Origin: an uncultured Acidobacteriota bacterium
GTDB taxonomy: Bacteria > Acidobacteriota > Vicinamibacteria > Fen-336
DNA: 64,000 nucleotides
Direction of reading: 5' to 3'
Assembly: GCA_963724555.1 (NCBI GenBank)
Contig: CAVRVE010000004.1
Span: forward strand, 134,284-198,283
Shown: in pieces, positions 54,865 through 64,000 of the stretch
Layout: each line of letters starts with the position of its first letter
Position numbering within the stretch: the first letter of the stretch is position 1
The notes under the pieces: model-generated
What the model was told of the DNA's origin: nothing
Database searches by the model: none
Seen by the model: only the letters and a program-made list of their open reading frames with translations
Program-made: the position numbers and the translations under genes

Positions 54865-55696
54865 CTACCAGCGATCGACTGCGACGACCGCGCCCGCCAG
54901 GCCGAGCCTCACGCGCGCGAAGAAGCGGCTCGGCAGCAGGCCGTCCTCGACGCGCGCGGGCGCCGACTGCGGCCTGACCAGGACGCGGAGCGGGCCCGAG
55001 CGCTCCCCCGCCACGCAGAGCGAGTCGAGACGCGCTTCGCGCCATTCGGCCTCCCCGGCGTTCGTCGCCGCTCGCACGGTCGCGCCCAGCGCGAGCCCCA
55101 GCGCTCGTCCGCCGTGGTCGAAGAGGACCGGAGCGGCGATGCCGGAGTCGAGCACCAGCCGAACCGGAGAGCCTCGGCACCCGAGCCTCGCTTCCAGCAC
55201 GGGGCGGGGCGCGAGCGACCCTGCGGCCGGCTCCTTCGCTCCGCCCACGGCGTGGACGACGAGGCGGCGCCGCAGGTGGTCGATCGTGTACTCGAGCCGT
55301 GCCAGGGCCGACTGCCCGAGGATCCCGCGGATCCTCGGCTCGTCACTCCGGATCGCCGGCAGCTCGGCCACCAGCACCTCCACGCCCTCGAGCGTCGTGC
55401 CTCCGAGCCGCAGCGCGACCGCCCCGAGCGCGACCGGACGGCTCCCGGCTGGCGTCACCAGGTTGGCGAACGAGCTCGACTCGAGCCCGAGCTCCTCGGC
55501 CAGCCCAGGCTCCAGGATCGTGGACGTCGTGCCCGTGTCGAGCAGCAGCTCGTGCACACCGGAGCCACCGACCGCCACCGGCACGACGACCGCCCATCCC
55601 CAGGCCTCCCGAAACGGGATCGTTTCGTCGGCTCCGGCCGCGAGCTGGTCCGAGGACGCAAACGACGGCCGTGAGCAGAGTGAGGCGGGAGCCCAT
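54865..55696 (-). CDS. Secreted retropepsin-like (clan AA) aspartic protease with two catalytic lobes; one frame break ~55650
   Basis: ATG 55696, signal-like MGSRLTLLTAVVCV. ELLLDTGTTSTIL (DTG) and RLVLDSGIAAPVLF (DSG) in the tail of track ORF 54865..56868. Stop TAG 54865-54867, 24 nt before the next gene. Confidence 0.65.
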
Positions 55697-55795
55697 GGGC
55701 CGAAGCTGGCTTCCGGCCCCGAGGGAATCCTGACCTTCCCACGATGTTCTCCCCGCCGCCGAACTTCCGAGGACCGTCGAGCGTCGGATCCAGAG

Positions 55796-57973
55796 ATGAG
55801 ACCGCGCTTCTGCTTCGACGACGTCGTCCTCGACCTCGAGGCCTTCCGCCTGACGCGCGGCGGGCTGCCACGTCCACCTCGAGCCGAAGGTGCTCGAGCT
55901 GCTCGGCTATCTCGTCCAGCATCGTGGACGCCTGGTGGAGAAGGCCGAGCTCCAAGGCGCCGTCTGGAGCGACACCGCGGTGTCGGAGAGCGCCCTGACG
56001 CGGGCCGTGGCGCAGCTGCGCAAGGCGCTCGACGACGACGCCCGCGAGGCACGCTACGTCGAGACGGTCCCGACGCGCGGCTACCGCTTCCGGCCCGAAG
56101 TCCGGGTCCGCGAGGCGCGCGCGGCCCGAGCCGACGCCTCCCCAGACGGTGGCACGCCGAGCGACTCGCGATCGGCGCGACGCCAGGCGCTCCTCGCGCG
56201 ACTCGCGGCCGCCTCCCTGGCGCTCGCCGTCGGCCCTCGGCGGGCTCTACGCCTTGCGAGCCGGCCGCTCGCGCGCCGCCGTCCGCCCGTCCGTGCGCGA
56301 GCACCACCGCACGCTCGTGAGCACGTCGCGCGGCTTCAACGGCTACCCCGCGTTCTCGCCCGACGGTGGCACGCTCGCCTTCTCCTCGGACCGCTCGGGA
56401 CGCCTCGAGCTCTACGCGCGTCCGCTGGCTCCCGGCGCGCGCGAGACCCCCGTCACGAGCGACGGCAACGACAACGTGCAGCCCGCCTGGTCGCCCGACG
56501 GCCGCTACATCGCCTACCACTCGATGCGCCGGGGAGGCCTGTGGCTCGTCCCGGCGCTCGGCGGCACGCCGCGGCAGCTCACGACGTTCGGCTCGGCCCC
56601 GGCCTGGTCGCCGGACGGACGGCGAGTCGCCTTCTCGTCGCTCGGGCTCGCGTCGCTCGACGGCATGACGCAGCCCACGGCGACGCTCTTCGTCCTGGAT
56701 GTCGCCACGGCAGCCGCCGAGCCGCGGCCGCTCACGACGGCCGGCGAGCCGCCCTTCGGACACGGTCCGCCCGCGTTCTCGCCGGACGGAAGCCAGGTGT
56801 ACTTCGCCGCCGACGGCGTGTGGGCCGTGGATTCCAGAGGAGCGAGCGCACCGCGACAGCTCGTGCACGGCTCCGCTCTCGACGTGGCCCCCTCACCCGA
56901 CGGCCGCTTCCTGCTGTGGACCGGCTGGGAGCGGGGGAACTGGCACGTCTGGAGCGCCCTGCTCGGCCGCCCAGGCGCGCCGGCCGGCGAGGCGAGCGAG
57001 GTGCTGAACACGGGCGACCTCGCGGCGCGGCACCTGGCCCTGTCGAAGGACGGCCGCCTCGCCTGCAGCCTGACCGCGCTCGTCTCCGAGCTGGCGCTCG
57101 TGTCGCTGAGCCGCGACGGCGGCCCGGCCGCGGCCCCCGTCGAGCCCTGGCCCGGGAACACCGGACGCAAGGTGCAGCTGCACTTCGCACCCGACGGACG
57201 CACGCTCGCGTTCGCGCGCGTCCAGCCGGGCCAGTCGCTCGAGGTCTTCGGCCTCGACATCGGGACGAACAGCGCGCGTCCGCTGCTGTCGGACGCGCAG
57301 CTCGGACAGCTCGGCGGCTGGTTTCCGCAAGGCGACGCCCTGCTCGTCACGAGCCGCGGCCAGACGGAGAAGTCCCTGCTGCGCGCGCCGCTGTCGGGAG
57401 GGCGCAGCGAAAGGCTCGCGAGCGCTTCCGCCATGGGCTGGGCTCGGCTGCTGCCGCCCGGCCGCGAGGTGGTCTTCCAGTCGGCGGCGGGCGGCATCCT
57501 CAACATCCACCGCGCGCGTCTCGACGGCGGCGGCGCGCGGGCGCTCACCGACGATCCCGAAGGCGTCGGCTGGCCGGTCCCGAGCCCGGACGGCAGGACG
57601 CTGGCGGTCGAGATGTTCCGCGGCAACGACACCCAGCTGGGCCTGCTCCCCGCCGACGGCGGCGTTGCGCGCGCCCTCACGCGCCTGCCGGGCCAGCACT
57701 GGGTGCACGACTGGTCGCCGGACGGCCGCCGCGCTCTCTACGCCGCCCGGCGCGACGGCCTCTGGAACGTCTACTGGATGGACGTCGAGACGGGCGAGGA
57801 GCGCCGCCTCACGGATCACGGCCGGGTGCGCGACGCCGTCCGCACGCCGGCCTGGTCGCCTTCGGGCGACCGCGTCGCCTACGAGCGGATCGAGACGACG
57901 GGCGCCGTCTGGCTGATCGAGCTGCGGCGGGCCGCCGGCTGCCGGGACGCTCGCGCTCGCGCGCCAGGATTGA
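55796..57973 (+). pseudogene. One-component regulator: OmpR/CadC-type winged-helix DNA-binding domain + TM + TolB-like (PD40) beta-propeller; three frame breaks (~55870, ~56230, ~57925)
   Basis: ATG 55796. LELLGYLVQHRGRLVEKAELQGAVW...YVETVPTRGYRF. About ten xSPDG repeats (FSPDGGTLAFSS, WSPDGRYIAYHS, WSPDGRRVAFSS ...) in track ORF 56149..58101. The end is placed at TGA 57971-57973 in a third frame. Confidence 0.7.
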
Positions 57974-58007
57974 CGCCGCTCCGAGCCGTCGGTCATCATG
58001 GCCGTTC

Positions 58008-59684
58008 ATGCTGTGCCCGAAGTGCGCCGCCGAGAACCCGGACGATGCGACGCGCTGCGCGAAGTGCTCCGACTCGCTGTCCGTCGCCGTGCTCGAGGTG
58101 ATCCGCGGCGAGGTGCCCGAGAAGATCCGCTTCCTGAAGCCGCGCTCCTACGAGGTCGGTCGCGCGCGCCACAACGACATCGCGCTCAACGAGCCGTCGA
58201 TCTCCAAGCTCCACGCCCGCATCGAGTACCGGGACGGCCGCTTCTTCGTCGAGGACGCGGGCAGCATGCACGGCGTCTACGTCAACGCCGCCAAGGTCCG
58301 GCGCGCCGAGCTCGCCCCCGGCGCCCAGGTCCAGCTCGGCAACGTGACGCTCAAGTTCTCGCCGCTCGGCAGCGAGAGCGCCACGGGTGCGATGGCCAAG
58401 CTGCCGTGGGTCGAGCAGCAGCAGCTGCTGCTCCAGCTGGTGCAGACGCTCAACGCCACGCTCGTCCTGAGCCCGGTGCTCGAGCAGGTCACCGACGCGA
58501 TCATGCAGATCACCGGCGCCGAGCGCGGCTTCCTGCTGCTCGCCGACTCCTCGCCCTCGGGCGCCCACTACCCGAGCGTCGCGGGCCTGCGGCTGCGCGT
58601 CGCGCGCGGGCGCACCGATCGCTCCGCGGCCAACGGCCACGGCATCTCGGGCCCGATCGTGCGACGCGCCCTCGAGACCGGCGAGGTCGTCTCGACGCTC
58701 AAGACGCGCGGGGAGGCGCTCGCGCCCCCGCCGGCCCGGCCCGAGGACGACACGCGGCCGGTCCAGACCGTCGTCTGCCTGCCGCTCAGGTCGCCCCGCG
58801 GCGGCGGCGACGGCAGCGGGCGCTTCCCGCGAGCGCTCGGCGTGCTCTACGTCGACAACGCCGGCTCCTCCGAGCCCTTCAGCAGCGAGGCGCTGCGCGC
58901 CGCGGAGGCGCTCGCGCGCCACGCGGCGCTCGCGATCGAGAACGCGCAGCTGTTCGAGCGCGAGCAGCACACGATCGAGGCGCTGCAGAAGGCACAGAAG
59001 CAGCTGCTGCAGTCCGAGAAGCTCGCCACCATCGGCCAGATGGCGGCGGGCATCGCGCACGAGCTGAACACGCCGCTCACCTACATCATGGGCAACCTCG
59101 AGCTGCTCGAGCTGCAGCAGCTGACGCCGGCCCAGGCCGAGATGCTGTCGTCGATCGCGCGCGGCGCCGACCGTATCCGCGCGCTCGCCCACCGGCTGCT
59201 CGCCTTCAGCCGCCCCGCGCGCGAGGAGATGTCGCCGCTCTCGCTCAACGACGTGATCGAGCGCAGCCTCGAGCTTTGCCAGTACCAGATCGCCAACGCA
59301 GACGTCACGCTCGAGAAGACGCTCGAGCCGGAGCTGCCGCGCGTGCTCGGCGTCTCGAACCAGCTGGAGACGGCGCTCATCAACCTCGTGGTGAACGCCG
59401 TCCACGCGATGGGCGACAAGGGCGGCGTGCTCAGGGTCGCCTCGCGCCGGCGCGGCGACGAGGTCGAGGTGGCGGTCTCCGACGAGGGTCCGGGCATCCC
59501 CGAGCGGGTGCGGACCACCCTCTTCGAGCCGTTCGTGACCACCAAGCCCGAGGGCAAGGGCACCGGACTCGGGCTGTCCACGGTGCTGATGGTGGTCGAG
59601 CGGCACAACGGCCACGTCGACTTCGACACGCAGGAAGGCCGCGGGGCGACCTTCCGCATCACGCTTCCGCCAGCTCCGGCCTGA
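58008..59684 (+). CDS. Zn-ribbon + FHA + GAF sensor histidine kinase
   Basis: Intact 558 aa from ATG 58008 (the 3' part of track ORF 55890..59684). CPKCAAENPDDATRCAKC. FHA: VGRARHNDIAL...SKLHARI...SMHGVYVN. GAF region. H-box GIAHELNTPL, N-box NLVVNAVHAM, DEGPGI, GTGLGL. Confidence 0.85.
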   Translation: MLCPKCAAENPDDATRCAKCSDSLSVAVLEVIRGEVPEKIRFLKPRSYEVGRARHNDIALNEPSISKLHARIEYRDGRFFVEDAGSMHGVYVNAAKVRRAELAPGAQVQLGNVTLKFSPLGSESATGAMAKLPWVEQQQLLLQLVQTLNATLVLSPVLEQVTDAIMQITGAERGFLLLADSSPSGAHYPSVAGLRLRVARGRTDRSAANGHGISGPIVRRALETGEVVSTLKTRGEALAPPPARPEDDTRPVQTVVCLPLRSPRGGGDGSGRFPRALGVLYVDNAGSSEPFSSEALRAAEALARHAALAIENAQLFEREQHTIEALQKAQKQLLQSEKLATIGQMAAGIAHELNTPLTYIMGNLELLELQQLTPAQAEMLSSIARGADRIRALAHRLLAFSRPAREEMSPLSLNDVIERSLELCQYQIANADVTLEKTLEPELPRVLGVSNQLETALINLVVNAVHAMGDKGGVLRVASRRRGDEVEVAVSDEGPGIPERVRTTLFEPFVTTKPEGKGTGLGLSTVLMVVERHNGHVDFDTQEGRGATFRITLPPAPA

Positions 59685-59841
59685 GAGCCGACGCTCGAGA
59701 CGAGCGCCCAGACGGCTGTGACATTGGTGTGGCGTTCTGCCGCCCTCCAGAAAGTCGACCACGCGCCTCCGAGGGGTGCGGTAGCATCTCGCGTCGACCG
59801 GGCCGCGCAACTCGCGGCCGATGGGTTGAAGGAGGAGCAAG

Positions 59842-60410
59842 ATGAGCAAGCGGGTGCTTGGAATCGTGGCCGGCCTCGCCGTGACGGCCCTGGGTTGGGC
59901 GCCGGCGTGGGCGCAGGTGGAGAGCAAGCGCGAGGCGGGGATGCCGAAGCAGACCACCACCGCCCAGATCACGGGAGAGGTGGTCTACGTCGAGGGAAAC
60001 TACTTGATCGCCAAGATACACCCCAGCGGCCACTACCGCGGCTTCAACGTGCGCCCGGGCCAGGAGTTCGTGGTCGACGGCCAGAAAATGAGAAGATCGG
60101 CGACCTCAAGACCGGGACCGTGCTCACCGCGAGCGCCGTCACGACGGAGCGGCCGATGATCGCGCGAACCTACGACGTCCTGGACGGCACCGTCTGGTGG
60201 GTTTCCGGGAACTACGTGATTCTCACCAACGCCAAGGGCGAGAACCACGAGTACAACGTTCCGGAAACGTACAAGTTCACGGTTGCAGGCAACCCTGCCA
60301 CCGTCCACGACCTGAAGAAGGGCATGAAGGTTCAGGCCGTCAAGATCGTGGAAGAGCCTTTCACCGAGATCTCCACCAAGGTGGTGGTGACCGGCAAGGC
60401 GCCCAGGTAA
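59842..60410 (+). CDS. Secreted protein made of two tandem ~55-aa repeats; one frame break ~60085
   Basis: GAAGGAGGAG before ATG 59842, signal peptide VLGIVAGLAVTALGWAPAWA. GEVVYVEGNYLIAKIHPSGHYRGFNVRPGQEFVVDGQKM aligns with GTVWWVSGNYVILTNAKGENHEYNVPETYKFTVAGNPA. AAAATGAGAAGATC looks like AAAATGAAGAAGATC minus one A. Confidence 0.6.
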
Positions 60411-60425
60411 GGGCGGCGGTGGCAA

Positions 60426-60452
60426 GGCCCCCGCGGCCAAGCCGCGGGGGCC
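60426..60452. terminator. Bidirectional hairpin between convergent genes
   Basis: GGCCCCCGCGG (60426-60436) / CCGCGGGGGCC (60442-60452), an 11-bp perfect stem with 5-nt loop. Confidence 0.5.
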
Positions 60453-60453
60453 G

Positions 60454-60798
60454 CTACTCCGAGACGACGAGCTCCCCGCGCTCCAGCTCGGCCTGCTTGC
60501 CGCTCTCCAGGCAGCAGTAGAACGGAAAGCTGCCGGTGCGCTCCGGCGTCAGCTCGAGGCGAGTCGGTCGATCGCGTGCAACGCGCTTCTCGATGCGCAG
60601 CGCGTCGATCGCGAAGCAGTGCTCGCCGTCGTCGCTCGCGAGCACGAGCCGAGCCGTCTCGCCCCGACGCAGCGTGATCCGGGCCGGTGCGAAGCCCCGG
60701 CGGGACACCTTGACGTCCACGCTCGGGCCCGCGGGCGCGGCCGGCGAGAGCGCGGCGGAGGCCAACGCCCCCGCCGCGAGCACGTAGCTCGCCCGCAT
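60454..60798 (-). CDS. Cupredoxin-like small secreted protein
   Basis: ATG 60798, 13 nt after the pnp stop. Signal MRASYVLAAGALASAALSPAAPA. ITLRRGETARLVLASDDGEHCFAIDAL...TGSFPFYCCLESG...GELVV resembles the cupredoxin_1-type fold pattern. Confidence 0.5.
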   Translation of the reverse strand: MRASYVLAAGALASAALSPAAPAGPSVDVKVSRRGFAPARITLRRGETARLVLASDDGEHCFAIDALRIEKRVARDRPTRLELTPERTGSFPFYCCLESGKQAELERGELVVSE

Positions 60799-60811
60799 CC
60801 GGCCAGTCACG

Positions 60812-63104
<2,293 letters not shown>

Positions 63105-63239
63105 TTGTCTCTTGCTCTCCGCTCACCGCCGGCGGCCGCCCTCGCGGTACGCCGGGAACAGGAGGAGCGGGCCTTACGGACGCACGACGCCCTTCATCGC
63201 GGGCGGCATCGCCGCGGCCTCAATCCAGGTCAAGTCGAT

Positions 63240-63509
63240 TTACTTGCGGATGCCCAGCCGGCCGACCAGGCCGCGATAGCGCTCCAGGTCCTTGCCCTTC
63301 AGGTACTCGAGCAGCCGACGGCGCTGTCCGACCAGCTGAAGCAAGCCCCGACGCGAATGATGGTCTTTCGGGTGGGACTTGAAATGCTCCGTGAGATAAC
63401 TGATCCGCTCACTCAGGAGGGCTGCCTGCACCTCGGGGGAACCCGTATCCGTTGCGTGGATGCGGTAACCCGAGACGACCTCCGTTTTCTGGGCCTTGCT
63501 GAAACTCAC
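63240..63509 (-). CDS. rpsO: 30S ribosomal protein S15
   Basis: Intact 89 aa. [53 protein letters not shown] before GTG 63509. Confidence 0.95.
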   Translation of the reverse strand: MSFSKAQKTEVVSGYRIHATDTGSPEVQAALLSERISYLTEHFKSHPKDHHSRRGLLQLVGQRRRLLEYLKGKDLERYRGLVGRLGIRK

Positions 63510-63556
63510 CGACTGACCTCCCTTGACTCCTCTTTCCTCTCTTCAATCAACGGGAG

Positions 63557-63586
63557 AGAATACCACGGCGCGGCGAGCCCTGTAAA
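63557..63586 (-). promoter_or_regulatory. Candidate rpsO promoter (TTTACA-18 nt-TATTCT on the minus strand)
   Basis: Minus strand: TTTACA (63586-63581), 18-nt spacer, TATTCT (63562-63557), about 45 nt upstream of the rpsO start. Confidence 0.45.
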
Positions 63587-63589
63587 CTC

Positions 63590-64000
63590 TTGGAAACCCT
63601 CGATCTCTCCCTGTTCGTGGCCTTCGCCGCGGCAGCCGTCCTGCTGCCGGGAGCGGCGCTGCAGCGGCTTTTCCGCGTGCAGATCGATCCTTCGCTCGTC
63701 GTCCCGCTCGGCACCGCCTGCTGCGCCGCCAGCTACTGGTTGAGCCTGCGCACCGGGGTTCCCGCCCTCTTCCCAGCGGCGCTCGCGGCGATCCTCCTGG
63801 GAGCATGGCTCCTCGGCCGCGGCCCGCTCGGCTTCGCACCCGGCCCGCCGCTGCGCGGTGCCCTCGCCCCCGCCCTCGGGCTCGTCGCGCTCCTGGCCGT
63901 CACCCAATACCCCTGGAACCGCCTCGACTCCGCTACCGGCGAGTTCATGCTCGATCCGCTCGTCACGTTCGACTCGGCCTTCCACGTCGGCCTCACGAAC
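63590..64000 (+). CDS. Integral membrane protein, 5' part only (runs off the window)
   Basis: Frame is open from 63527 to the window end. Candidate starts TTG 63590 / GTG 63617. Hydrophobic segments LSLFVAFAAAAVLLPGAAL, VVPLGTACCAASYWLSL, ALFPAALAAILLGAWLL, ALAPALGLVALLAV. Confidence 0.45.
   Translation, partial: METLDLSLFVAFAAAAVLLPGAALQRLFRVQIDPSLVVPLGTACCAASYWLSLRTGVPALFPAALAAILLGAWLLGRGPLGFAPGPPLRGALAPALGLVALLAVTQYPWNRLDSATGEFMLDPLVTFDSAFHVGLTN

Noticed and set aside
55890-59684. 1264-aa ORF suggesting one giant sensor protein
   Set aside because: Only two parts are meaningful: the first ~100 codons (the winged helix of the upstream regulator) and the last 558 codons (the kinase, with its own ATG at 58008). 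The middle is out-of-frame read-through of the TolB-like region, whose real frame is track ORF 56149..58101.

Overview
High-GC (about 70% by eye) bacterial chromosomal window, densely coding on both strands, with about 50 protein genes. I recognised no rRNA, tRNA, CRISPR array, transposase/integrase or phage gene. Gene order: rnj-ftsK-AMIN amidase; a lipid/inclusion-body locus (phaR, two phasin-motif proteins, patatin lipase, fatty-acyl-reductase-like SDR, epimerase, AGPAT-type acyltransferase); an orphan, heavily frame-broken dnaE2; pdxA, an Sm-like protein, holB, tmk; two SDR genes; a cNMP-binding/FHA protein with a 474-aa unknown partner; an SxtJ-like/carbamoyltransferase/DUF5989-like trio; an S9 peptidase, ppx and a TonB-dependent receptor (all badly frame-broken); an intact peptidoglycan-recycling operon (yqeY-nagZ-ldcA-mpl); an OPT transporter; a 9.3-kb co-directional proteostasis block (dnaK-hsp20-groES-groEL-htrA-dksA-like-lon); a protease/signalling block (retropepsin-like protease, GT-C-like membrane protein, wHTH-TolB regulator, Zn-ribbon-FHA-GAF histidine kinase); and pnp-rpsO. 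Two caveats dominate. First, the six-frame track contains many very long spurious ORFs because stop codons are rare at this GC. Second, roughly 50 reading-frame breaks (manual, approximate count) interrupt otherwise well-conserved genes. They are unevenly distributed and most simply explained by indel errors in the assembly, though real gene decay cannot be excluded for some loci. Best leads: the phaR/phasin + reductase/acyltransferase locus without a PHA synthase; a TCC/GGA-dense heptad tract in a 400-bp non-coding gap after groEL; a 57-bp perfect-arm palindrome at the dnaE2/VOC junction; the cNMP-FHA + unknown-protein operon; and the SxtJ-like carbamoyltransferase trio. All functional calls rest on motif recognition by eye, because no database search could be run.
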